From: Halosegnis sp.
GTDB lineage: Archaea; Halobacteriota; Halobacteria; Halobacteriales; Haloarculaceae
Reading direction: 5' to 3'
DNA: 64,000 nucleotides
Assembly: GCF_042216475.1 (NCBI RefSeq)
Contig: NZ_JBDGTV010000016.1
Span: 26,778-90,777, forward strand
In this document: piece after piece, positions 1 to 8,903 of the stretch
Position numbering within the stretch: the first letter of the stretch is position 1
Layout of the letters: every line of letters starts with the position of its first letter
Made by a program: the position numbers and the translations under genes
The notes under the pieces: generated by a model
The model's input: only the letters and a program-made list of their open reading frames with translations
What the model was told of the DNA's origin: nothing
The model's database searches: none

Positions 1-44
1 ATTCGACAGAACCCTTAATACATTCCACGGCGAATATATCCGCG

Positions 45-671
45 ATGGAGGACCGGCTCCGGACGGGAATCGACGTCCTCGATCGTAAGCTTGAGGGTGG
101 GATTCCCGCCGGGAGCATCGTGGCCCTACAGGCAGCGCCGGCAAGTCAGGCGGAACTGTTCCTGTACGAGCTGACGGCAACCCGAGGGACACTATATCTC
201 ACGCTCGATCGCACTGACACCGCCGTCGCTGAAAGCATCGATGAGGCCCGCACCCGGACCGGGGACCCGACTGTTCGGGATGTTGGCGGTGACGCCCCAC
301 TGGACAACGCCTCGAAACTGGTGTCGGCGCTTCCGGAGGCATCGAACCTGATTATTGACCCGACGAACGTGCTCGAACAACAAGAGGGGCCTCGCTACCG
401 GAAGTTCATGAATGAGTTGCAGAATCACATCTACAATACGGGCTCTCTGGCGGTGCTCCACTGTTTGGAGGGGTACGACGTCCCGAGCCAGCGGGACACC
501 ACCCTCCACATGGCCGACGTTGTGTTCGACTTAGAGACGTCGGTGAAAGGTGATCGGGTCGAAAACCATCTTACTGTCCCGAAATTCCGCGGCGGCGTCG
601 CGCTGGCGGATGTCGTGAAGCTGGAACTGCGCGAGCAGGTCGACATCGACACCTCCCGGGACATCGCCTAA
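45..671 (+). CDS. RecA/KaiC-superfamily (COG0467-like) protein with degenerate Walker A
   Basis: 208-aa acidic ORF. The N-terminus GIDVLDRKLEGGIPAGSIVAL resembles the RadA/KaiC core, but the P-loop position reads AAPASQAE instead of GxxGxGKT. NLIIDP looks like a Walker B. Confidence 0.6.
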   Translation: MEDRLRTGIDVLDRKLEGGIPAGSIVALQAAPASQAELFLYELTATRGTLYLTLDRTDTAVAESIDEARTRTGDPTVRDVGGDAPLDNASKLVSALPEASNLIIDPTNVLEQQEGPRYRKFMNELQNHIYNTGSLAVLHCLEGYDVPSQRDTTLHMADVVFDLETSVKGDRVENHLTVPKFRGGVALADVVKLELREQVDIDTSRDIA

Positions 672-1318
672 GCGTCGTACGAGAGCACGACCCCGTCGTC
701 GAGCCGTTCAACCTCGCGAAGATCCAGCTGCGGGAACTCCTCAATGAAGCCCTCGCCGTCCACCAGCGTTGGCGCCTCTCGACCACCGACGACGAGGCTC
801 CCAATGAACAGCGTGAGTTCGTCGACGATGCCCGCCTCGAATGCCGAAAAAATAACCTCTCCACCGCCCTCAATCATTAGCCGCTCGTGTCCGTCGTGAG
901 CGAGCATCTCAACTGCAGCTGCGAGATTGACACGGTCGTCACCAACGGTTCGTATCTCGGCGCCTGCCGTGCGGAGTGTGTCGACACGGTCGTCGGGAGC
1001 ACGGTCGGTCACAAGCAGGTATGTCACAGCCGGTCCCTCAAGGATGGCGGCATCTGGTGGCGTACGCGCCCGCGAGTCGGCGATAACTCGTGCCGGCAGC
1101 CCCTCCTTGCCGAGATTGCGGCGGTGACGCTCATCATGGCGCAGCAGCGATGGGTCGTCTGCGAGCACGGTGCCGACGCCGACGAGCACGGCGTCGGAGG
1201 CGGCCCGGACCCGTTCCATCCGCGCAAAATCTTCCGGGCCAGAGATGGCGAGCTGCTCACGTCGCCGTGTCGAGAGCTTTCCATCGACGGAGACGGCCGC
1301 GTTCACGTGGACGTGCAC
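668..1318 (-). CDS. 2,5-diamino-6-ribosylamino-4(3H)-pyrimidinone 5'-phosphate reductase (RibD C-terminal-domain family)
   Basis: 216 aa. The N-terminus HVNAAVSVDGKLS and the motifs DAVLVGVGTVLADDPSL and MIEGGGEV are typical of the riboflavin-pathway reductase fold. Confidence 0.75.
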   Translation of the reverse strand: MHVHVNAAVSVDGKLSTRRREQLAISGPEDFARMERVRAASDAVLVGVGTVLADDPSLLRHDERHRRNLGKEGLPARVIADSRARTPPDAAILEGPAVTYLLVTDRAPDDRVDTLRTAGAEIRTVGDDRVNLAAAVEMLAHDGHERLMIEGGGEVIFSAFEAGIVDELTLFIGSLVVGGREAPTLVDGEGFIEEFPQLDLREVERLDDGVVLSYDA

Positions 1319-1401
1319 ACCACATTTGGCTGCGCGGCGAGGTTAGCCGTTTCGTCGCGGCGGCGATACATCCTTGGGGAGCGGGAGCGAACCCACCGCC
1401 G

Positions 1402-2670
1402 ATGGACATCGAACGTGAGGCCGAGGAGCTCGCCTCCGACCTCGGTACGGACAAAGAGGAGGTCCTTGAAGACCTGGAGAAGCTCGTCAGCTACTCCGTC
1501 CCGCTGGATGAGGCCAAGGGATCGCTCAGACGCAAGTACGGCGACGGCTCGACAAGCGATGAGCCGGCAACGAAGAACATCGCTGACGTCTCACCCGACG
1601 AGGGCAACGTTACCGTCACGGCCCGGGTGCTGACAGTTGGCAAGCGGTCCATCCGCTACCAGGGCGACGACCAGGTTATCTACGAAGGGGAGCTGGCCGA
1701 CGAGACGGGCCGTATCTCCTACACTGCTTGGCAGGACTTCGATCTCTCAGTGGGGGACACCATCACTGCGGGCAACGCGGACGTTCGCGAGTGGGACGGC
1801 GAGCCGGAGTTGAACCTCGGCTCTGCCACAACACTCGTCTTTGAGGACGAGCCACTCGAGGTGACCTATGAGTTGGGCGGTGACCGCGAACTGGCGGCAC
1901 TGTCGCCTGGTGATCGCGGCCGCAACGTTGTGGTGCGTGTTCTCGAATGTGAACAGAAGGTTATTGACGGGCGGGACGGCGAAACGGAGATTCTGAGCGG
2001 TGTACTCGGCGACGAAAGCGGCCGGCTTCCCTTCACCGACTGGGATCCTCACGAGGCTATCGAGGAGGGTGCGAGTGTCCGCATCGAGAACGTCTCCATC
2101 CGAGAGTTCAGGGGTGTGCCGTCGGTGAATGTGTCTGAGTTCTCTTCGGTCATCTCGCTCGGCGAGACAGTGCCGGTCAGTGAGGAGGCGCCCGAGATGG
2201 ATATCGGTGAGGCCGTTGCGTCCGGCGGCGTCTACGATGTTACCGTCGTGGGGAACATCATCGAGGTACGCGACGGCTCAGGGCTCATTGAGCGGTGTCC
2301 CGAGTGTGGCCGGGTGGTCCAGAACGGGCAGTGTCGCTCACATGGCCAGGTTGACGCCGAGGACGATCTCCGGGTGAAAGCTATCCTCGACGATGGGACA
2401 GGAGCCGTAACGACCATCCTCGGACACGATCTTACGGCGGAGGTATATGGCGGCGGAATCGAGGCGGCCAAGGAGCATGCCCGCGAGGAGATGGACAAGG
2501 AGGTGGTCGCCGACGACATTCGCGACACGCTCGTCGGTCGCGAGTTCCGGGTGCGCGGCCAGTTGTCCGTGGACGAATACGGTGCAAATCTCGACGCGAC
2601 GGAGTTTGCTGAGAGTGACGAGAACCCAGCCGCGCGGGCCCGCGCAACGCTTGCAGAGGTACGCGGATGA
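1402..2670 (+). CDS. rpa1: Replication protein A, multi-OB-fold ssDNA-binding protein with zinc ribbon
   Basis: The ATG at 1402 (MDIEREAEE) was chosen over the basic N-terminal extension in the track ORF. The protein has repeated OB-fold-like blocks and the motif CPECGRVVQNGQCRSHG. It is followed by rpap and phosphoesterase genes, as in the haloarchaeal rpa1 operon. Confidence 0.85.
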   Translation: MDIEREAEELASDLGTDKEEVLEDLEKLVSYSVPLDEAKGSLRRKYGDGSTSDEPATKNIADVSPDEGNVTVTARVLTVGKRSIRYQGDDQVIYEGELADETGRISYTAWQDFDLSVGDTITAGNADVREWDGEPELNLGSATTLVFEDEPLEVTYELGGDRELAALSPGDRGRNVVVRVLECEQKVIDGRDGETEILSGVLGDESGRLPFTDWDPHEAIEEGASVRIENVSIREFRGVPSVNVSEFSSVISLGETVPVSEEAPEMDIGEAVASGGVYDVTVVGNIIEVRDGSGLIERCPECGRVVQNGQCRSHGQVDAEDDLRVKAILDDGTGAVTTILGHDLTAEVYGGGIEAAKEHAREEMDKEVVADDIRDTLVGREFRVRGQLSVDEYGANLDATEFAESDENPAARARATLAEVRG

Positions 2671-4196
2671 GCGTAAACGACGACGGCGACGACGGGCCGG
2701 GTACACGGGAGGTAGCCCACCGGCTGTTCGCGGCCGAGTTCGACGACGCCGACTTCTCGTACTCCGAAAGCGACGAAGAACGGGCACCTAATTATGTTAT
2801 CACGCCGTCGGGCGCGCGAGTGAACCGGTTATTTCTCGTCGGTGTGCTCACCGAGAAGGAGTGGGTCAACGAGGATATGGTCCGCGCACGCGTCGTCGAC
2901 CCGACGGGGCCATTTGTTGTCTACGCTGGCCAGTACCAGCCAGACGAGCTCGCTTTCCTTGAGCGAACTGAGCCGCCGGCGTTCCTCGCCGTGACCGGCA
3001 AGGCGCGCACCTTCCAACCGGACGACAGCGACCGCGTGTTCACGAGTGTCCGACCTGAGTCAGTGAGCAAGGTGGACGCCGATACCCGAGATCGGTGGGC
3101 CGTTGAGGCTGCGAAACAAACCATTGACCGCGTTGAGACGGCCGCTGCCGCCATCGAGACGAACCAGTCGGGCGACGCGCTTGTCGACCACTTACTGGCA
3201 GACGGGGTAGACCCGGCACTCGCGTCGGGTATTGCGCTTGCGCTCGATCATTACGGGACGACGCCGACATACCTGTCGGCACTCCGTGATTTAGCAGAGG
3301 CCACGCTGGAGATGGTAGCCGGTGAACGGGACGAGGTAGGCGGATTTGATGTCGCCCCCGACGAGGGCGACGGTCCAGCGGCGGCTGCACTCGCAGGCGA
3401 GCCCGCGATGACAGAGACAGAAACTGAGACAGATTCCGAGGTACCGAGCGGCGCCGAGTTCGACCCTGTCTCCGAAGAGACGAGCACCGACCGGACAACG
3501 GGGAGCGCCGGGACCAGAACGGCGGAGTCGTCAGATGACGGGCCGACGAGAGAGGGATCGGTGACAGAGGAGCCGGCAGAAGAGCCATCGACCGAAGCGC
3601 CGATAGCAGGAGAGTCGACGGCCGATGAACCGCCGGCGGACTCAGACATAGACGAGCCGGAGACGGCCGACGAATCCGTCGGAGAGTTCGAGGCTGACGA
3701 ACTCGGTGACTTTGAGACAGATGCCGAGCCAACGGAGCCCGAATTCGATCCGGAAGAAGAGGTACTCTCCGAAAATGAGCGCGAGCAGATAGAGTCAGAA
3801 TTCGGCACGGAGTTCACCACCGGCGATGAGGTAGAGCCGGAGCCGGAACTCGAGCCAGAAGCGACGGAACGGGAGTCGTCTGCGGATTCGAATCCGCCGT
3901 CCGAGGAGTCTTCGGCCGCGGAGTCAGCAAGTGAGCAGCCGATAAGAGAGGAGCCGGAAGGCAACGTGGAACCAGAGCCGGAGTCCGAGCCCTCGTCCGA
4001 CGAGCCGCTCGATGAGACGGTGATGGCAGTGATGGAAGAGCTCGACGAGGGCGACGGCGCGGACCGCGAGGCACTGACCGCGGCAGTCGTTGACCGAACG
4101 GGAGCCGATGCTGACGCCGTTGCAGAGGCTATCGAGGACGCGCTGATGAGCGGACGGTGTTATGAGCCCGATGAGGGGGTCTTGAAGCCTATATAG
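2667..4196 (+). CDS. rpap1: RPA-associated protein (COG3390 OB-fold) with long hyperacidic linker
   Basis: It overlaps rpa1 through an ATGA junction. The N-terminal ~210 aa are globular (NYVITPSGARVNRLFLVGVL), followed by a ~225-aa D/E/P/S/T-rich region and a ~60-aa C-terminal module. Confidence 0.8.
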   Translation: MSVNDDGDDGPGTREVAHRLFAAEFDDADFSYSESDEERAPNYVITPSGARVNRLFLVGVLTEKEWVNEDMVRARVVDPTGPFVVYAGQYQPDELAFLERTEPPAFLAVTGKARTFQPDDSDRVFTSVRPESVSKVDADTRDRWAVEAAKQTIDRVETAAAAIETNQSGDALVDHLLADGVDPALASGIALALDHYGTTPTYLSALRDLAEATLEMVAGERDEVGGFDVAPDEGDGPAAAALAGEPAMTETETETDSEVPSGAEFDPVSEETSTDRTTGSAGTRTAESSDDGPTREGSVTEEPAEEPSTEAPIAGESTADEPPADSDIDEPETADESVGEFEADELGDFETDAEPTEPEFDPEEEVLSENEREQIESEFGTEFTTGDEVEPEPELEPEATERESSADSNPPSEESSAAESASEQPIREEPEGNVEPEPESEPSSDEPLDETVMAVMEELDEGDGADREALTAAVVDRTGADADAVAEAIEDALMSGRCYEPDEGVLKPI

Positions 4197-4197
4197 C

Positions 4198-4938
4198 GTG
4201 GTCCAGCCGGTCGTCGATTCCCCCGTTGCGACGGCTGAAACGGATGACGAGCGGCTGCTAATCGCCGCAGACTATCACGCTGGTCTCGAGGTGCGGCTGC
4301 GCACCGAAGGCGTTGAGCTCGCGTCCGCCGCCGGCGAGCGCCGCGAGCGGCTGGTGAGGCTGGTGGATCGTGAGCGGCCTGACCGGGTCGTTCTACTGGG
4401 CGATGTGGGCGACGCCATCGGGACGCCTGGCGATGAAGAACGGGCAGAACTGCGGGCGCTGTTCGACGCGCTCACTGACCGGGCGCCGGTCGTGGTGGCG
4501 AAGGGGAATCACGACGGTGGATTGGCGGCGGTAGCCGACGCATACGACGCGGTGACCCTTTCTGAAGGGGCCGGCATCTGCGTCGGCGACATTGGGTTCG
4601 CACACGGCCATACCTGGCCCAACCCGGCCGTACTGTCCTCGGAGACAGTCTGTGTCGCCCATGAACACCCGCAGGTGCGGCTCACCGACGAGGTTGGTGG
4701 CGCGCGTACGGAGCGGGTGTGGCTCCGGGGCCGGTTGGCGCCCGGGCCGTTCCGCGAGCACAATGGGATGGAGCCAGAGGCCGATTGCGTCGTGTTTCCG
4801 GCATTCAACGACCGAGTCGGCGGGACGTGGGTCAACGAGGCAGATGACTTCCTCGCGCCGTTCCTCCCAGAAGGGCTTGCCAACGGGGAGGCATACCTGC
4901 TGGACGGGACGCGACTAGGCGCTTACGAGCGGGTCTGA
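4198..4938 (+). CDS. rpe: Calcineurin-like metallophosphoesterase of the rpa operon
   Basis: The GTG start lies 1 nt after the rpap1 stop. The motifs DYHAG, GDVGD, GNHD and GHTWP are present. Confidence 0.8.
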   Translation: MVQPVVDSPVATAETDDERLLIAADYHAGLEVRLRTEGVELASAAGERRERLVRLVDRERPDRVVLLGDVGDAIGTPGDEERAELRALFDALTDRAPVVVAKGNHDGGLAAVADAYDAVTLSEGAGICVGDIGFAHGHTWPNPAVLSSETVCVAHEHPQVRLTDEVGGARTERVWLRGRLAPGPFREHNGMEPEADCVVFPAFNDRVGGTWVNEADDFLAPFLPEGLANGEAYLLDGTRLGAYERV

Positions 4939-4975
4939 CCGTGGTGCTTAATCGCTCGTCGCCCCTACAACTGCT

Positions 4976-7798
4976 GTGACCGACGCCCATGGGCTTGACG
5001 CGTTTGCCCACCTCGCGGAGCCGGTCCGGGCAGCCCTCTCCGAACGGGGGTTCGACCGACCGACCGAGCCACAGCGACGGGCGATTCCGCCGCTAGCGGC
5101 GGGCCGCAACGGGCTCGTCGTCGCTCCGACGGGCACAGGAAAGACCGAAACCGCGATGTTGCCGGTGTTGTCTGCGGTAGCGGAGCGTGACCAGATTCAC
5201 GGAGTGCAGGCGCTGTACGTGACACCGCTCCGCGCTCTCAACCGTGATATGCGCGAGCGCCTCGACTGGTGGGGCGATCAACTCGACGTGACTGTTGACG
5301 TGCGTCACGGCGACACTACCGATTATCAGCGGAGCAAACAGGCCGACAACCCCCCAGACGTGCTCGTCACGACGCCGGAGACGCTCCAAGCGATGTTCAC
5401 TGGCGAGAAGCTCAGACGGGCACTCGAAGATGTCGGACACGTCATCGTCGACGAAGTGCACGAACTCGCCGCCTCGAAGCGAGGCACACAGCTGGCGGTC
5501 GGGCTTGAGCATCTCCGAGAGTACGCGGGCGCCTTCCAGCGAATCGGGCTCTCCGCGACCGTCGGTGATCCCGCGGAGGTGGGTCGCTTTCTCACCGGCG
5601 GACGCGACTGTGAAGTAATCGAGGTAGATGCTGCTGATGACTTCGATGTCGAGGTCGTTCAGCCGGAGATAACGTCCGACGATGAGATACTCGCGTCGGA
5701 ACTTGTCACTGACGCCGCGGTTGCGAGCCACGTCCGGTTCATCGACGAACTCATCACCACTCATGACTCGACACTCGTGTTCGTCAATACCCGAACGACG
5801 GCGGAGGGACTCGGCTCGCGGTTAAAAGAGTACGGCACCGACATCGCGGTCCACCATGGTTCGCTCTCGAAGGAGGCCCGCGTCGACGTAGAGGAGCGGC
5901 TCAAGAACGGCGACATCGATGCTCTCGTCTGCACCTCATCGATGGAACTTGGTATCGATGTGGGCGTCATTGATCACGTCGTCCAATATCACAGTCCACG
6001 CGAGGTGGCGCGGCTCCTCCAACGGGTTGGCCGCGCCGGCCATCGGTCTGGCCGAACATCGACGGGGACGGTGGTAACGACACGACCGGACGATACCTTC
6101 GAGGCACTTGCGATAGCCAGCATGGCTAAGGAGGGCGTCGTTGAGAGCGCAGACATCCATCACGGGAGTCTCGACACGATTGCCAACCAGATTGCAGGGA
6201 TTCTGATGGGATTCGGTGAGGTGTCGGCCCGCGGATGCTACGAGATACTCTCACGAGCGTACCCGTACCGGGACCTGGAGGAGGAGACGTTCAAAGAGGT
6301 AGTCCGAGAACTGTCTGACAACCATGTCCTGTGGCTAAACGAAGAGGCCGACCGGCTCGAGAAGTCACGCGGCACCTGGGAGTACTTCTACCGCAACCTT
6401 TCGATGATACCTGACGAGCAGAACTTCCGGGTCGTTGACATGGCCTCTGGACGGACGGTTGGGACACTCGCCGAGCGGTTCGTTGTCAACTTCGCTGCGC
6501 CAGGGGAAGTATTCGTACAGGGCGGCGAGATGTGGCGAATCACGACGGTCGATGAGGACGACGAGGAAGTGCAGGTGACACCTGTGGAGGATCCCGGCGG
6601 CGAGGTTCCGTCCTGGACTGGCCAAGAGATACCTGTCCCCTACGAGGTTGCCCAGCGGGTCGGCCGGATGCGCGCCAGGGCCCGCAAGGCGTTCGAGGAC
6701 GGCCGCGATCGGCAAGCCGTCGCACGCGAGTTCGCCGCCGAGTACCCCACCGACGAATCCACCGCCAGTGAAGCGCTCTCGCAGATCAAGGCACATGAGG
6801 CGCCGATGCCCAGCGATGACACACTGCTTGTGGAGGGCTACGGCCGGGAGGTAGTAATCAATGCAGCCTTCGGCCACACCACCAATGAGACATTAGGACG
6901 GTTACTATCAGCACTGATCGGCCAACAGACCGGCTCGTCAGTCGGATTGGAGACGGACCCGTACCGGGTCGAACTCGAAGTGCCGTCCGGCATCTACATC
7001 GGCGACGTCGTCGATCTGTTGTATGACACCGACCCTGAACACGTCGCGCCACTTATCGAACTGTCTCTGAAGAATTCCGACTCACTGAAATATACCCTCG
7101 CGCAGGTAGCCGCCAAGTTCGGCGCACTCAAGGGGTGGAAAGGCGGCCGTGGCTTCGGTCGTGATCGCCTGCTGGAAGCACTCCGGGACACCCCCGTCTA
7201 TGAAGAAGCACTCCGCGAGACGCTACAGACAGAGCTTAACGTCGAGCGGACGGCTGAAGTGCTCAAGCGAGTGCGGCGCCGCGAGATAACCATCGAGACG
7301 GTCGGCGAGCGGACGTCCGTCGGCCTCGGTGGACGCTCATCGGGGCAGGAACTGCTGTCCCCAGAGAACGCCGACGCCTCCGTCGTCGAGACAGTAAAGG
7401 AGCGCATCGAGACAGATCGGATGCTGCTGTTTTGCCTCCACTGTCAAGACTGGGAGCGGCGCCGACAGGTGAGACGCATCGACGACCAGCCCTCCTGTCC
7501 CACGTGCGGGTCAACCCGGATTGCGGCGCTCAATCCGTGGGCTGACGAGGCCGTACGCGCCGTTAAAAGCGACGACAGAGACGATGAGCAGGAGCGGATG
7601 ACCGAGCGGGCTTACCGGGCCGCATCGCTCGTGCAAGGCCACGGCAAGAAAGCGGTGAAAGCGCTCGCAGCACGCGGTGTGGGCCCGCACAACGCTGCCC
7701 GCGTCATCAACAAGTTGCGGGAGGATGAGGAAGATTTCTACAGAGACATCCTCGCACGCGAGCGGGAGTACGCGCGCACGAACGCCTTCTGGGACTAA
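4976..7798 (+). CDS. lhr: Lhr-type ATP-dependent DEAD/DEAH-box helicase
   Basis: 940 aa with PTGTGKT, DEVH, SAT and QRVGRAGH motifs. A C-terminal zinc-ribbon pair is present (CLHCQD...CPTCGS). The start codon is GTG. Confidence 0.9.
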   Translation: MTDAHGLDAFAHLAEPVRAALSERGFDRPTEPQRRAIPPLAAGRNGLVVAPTGTGKTETAMLPVLSAVAERDQIHGVQALYVTPLRALNRDMRERLDWWGDQLDVTVDVRHGDTTDYQRSKQADNPPDVLVTTPETLQAMFTGEKLRRALEDVGHVIVDEVHELAASKRGTQLAVGLEHLREYAGAFQRIGLSATVGDPAEVGRFLTGGRDCEVIEVDAADDFDVEVVQPEITSDDEILASELVTDAAVASHVRFIDELITTHDSTLVFVNTRTTAEGLGSRLKEYGTDIAVHHGSLSKEARVDVEERLKNGDIDALVCTSSMELGIDVGVIDHVVQYHSPREVARLLQRVGRAGHRSGRTSTGTVVTTRPDDTFEALAIASMAKEGVVESADIHHGSLDTIANQIAGILMGFGEVSARGCYEILSRAYPYRDLEEETFKEVVRELSDNHVLWLNEEADRLEKSRGTWEYFYRNLSMIPDEQNFRVVDMASGRTVGTLAERFVVNFAAPGEVFVQGGEMWRITTVDEDDEEVQVTPVEDPGGEVPSWTGQEIPVPYEVAQRVGRMRARARKAFEDGRDRQAVAREFAAEYPTDESTASEALSQIKAHEAPMPSDDTLLVEGYGREVVINAAFGHTTNETLGRLLSALIGQQTGSSVGLETDPYRVELEVPSGIYIGDVVDLLYDTDPEHVAPLIELSLKNSDSLKYTLAQVAAKFGALKGWKGGRGFGRDRLLEALRDTPVYEEALRETLQTELNVERTAEVLKRVRRREITIETVGERTSVGLGGRSSGQELLSPENADASVVETVKERIETDRMLLFCLHCQDWERRRQVRRIDDQPSCPTCGSTRIAALNPWADEAVRAVKSDDRDDEQERMTERAYRAASLVQGHGKKAVKALAARGVGPHNAARVINKLREDEEDFYRDILAREREYARTNAFWD

Positions 7799-8400
7799 AG
7801 TGCCCGCATCGCGCCGTAGAACCGCTGGAGTGCCGTCAGGTGACCGACGACGGCAAAGAAAACGAGCAGCAGTCCCGCAAGTGACAGCCCCGCGACCGTT
7901 GGCGTCCAGAACGCGGCGATGGCGGTGACGACCCCAACGATGGCGAGTCGGTCAGCCCGGCCGACGGCACCGCCGTAGACACGGTCGAGCCCAACTGCCT
8001 GCGCCTGTGTGCCGAGATACGATGTCATCAGGACGCCGGTGACGGCGGCGAGTCCGAGTCCGAACCGGCCGGTACCGCCTGCCAAGCCCACCAGCACGGC
8101 AATATCGGCGTAGCGGTCGAGGACATGATCGAGCAAGTCGCCTGCGTCAGAGTCTGTCCCGGTCCGACGTGCTACCATTCCGTCAAGCACGTCAAGGACG
8201 CCGTTTGCGAACACGAGTACGGCGCCCCCCAACAGCAGCAGCGACCCTGGCGTCGCGAGCCAGTAGACGCTGCCCGCCAGCAGCGCTGTCGCGAACGCGA
8301 GGACGGAAATGCCGTTAGGTGTCAGCCCGACTGCGACAGCAGCATCAACGGCCGGCCGGAGGGCGCGGTCGGCCGTCTCGCGGTAGCGGTCCAGCGTCAT
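7795..8400 (-). CDS. CDP-alcohol phosphatidyltransferase family protein (archaeal polar-lipid head-group synthase type)
   Basis: DGMVARRTGTDSDAGDLLDHVLDRYAD fits the D-G-x2-A-R-x8-G-x3-D-x3-D signature. The protein is polytopic and hydrophobic. Confidence 0.8.
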   Translation of the reverse strand: MTLDRYRETADRALRPAVDAAVAVGLTPNGISVLAFATALLAGSVYWLATPGSLLLLGGAVLVFANGVLDVLDGMVARRTGTDSDAGDLLDHVLDRYADIAVLVGLAGGTGRFGLGLAAVTGVLMTSYLGTQAQAVGLDRVYGGAVGRADRLAIVGVVTAIAAFWTPTVAGLSLAGLLLVFFAVVGHLTALQRFYGAMRAL

Positions 8401-8903
8401 AGGTATTCCATAAAGTCGACCGTACCGACGGCTGGATCACGCTCGCCGGCGATCACCGACTCGATTGCGGCAGCTACATCGCCGGGGTCGCGGTCGGTGG
8501 TGTCTACTTCGTAGACGCTATCGGCGCCGTGCTCCGCAACAGCCTCGGAAAGCACCACGTCCAGCGCCTCTGCCTCGGCGTTCTCGCGGGCCTTCTGTTC
8601 TGAGTCTCCACGGTCAGTCAGCCGCCGCTCTATATCCGCGGGGTGACACCGGAGTACAATCACACGGTCAGCTGGGAAGTGGTGCGCGAGATGTGACTCG
8701 ACGAGTAAATCCTCGCGGCCGTTGAGCCACGCCGCGACGGCATCAGTGTCGGCAATAACGGAGCCCCGCTTCTCGTCGGTGCCGGCCGCGTACCCCTCCC
8801 GCTCGATGACATCATTGAGATGAACCACCGTCAGGTCTGTCTCGACCTGCTTGGTTGCCGTCGTCTTGCCCGTGCCTGGGGTGCCGGTGACGGCGACCCT
8901 CAT
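8397..8903 (-). CDS. Adenylate kinase isoenzyme-6 / Fap7-like nucleoside kinase
   Basis: 168 aa with the P-loop MRVAVTGTPGTGKTT. It has 4-nt overlaps with both neighbouring genes. Confidence 0.75.
   Translation of the reverse strand: MRVAVTGTPGTGKTTATKQVETDLTVVHLNDVIEREGYAAGTDEKRGSVIADTDAVAAWLNGREDLLVESHLAHHFPADRVIVLRCHPADIERRLTDRGDSEQKARENAEAEALDVVLSEAVAEHGADSVYEVDTTDRDPGDVAAAIESVIAGERDPAVGTVDFMEYL

Noticed and set aside
3400-4010. Repetitive GAG/GAA/CCG-rich DNA in rpap1 as a tandem repeat or CRISPR-like array.
   Set aside because: There is no fixed repeat unit or spacer periodicity. It is in-frame low-complexity coding sequence for an acidic linker.
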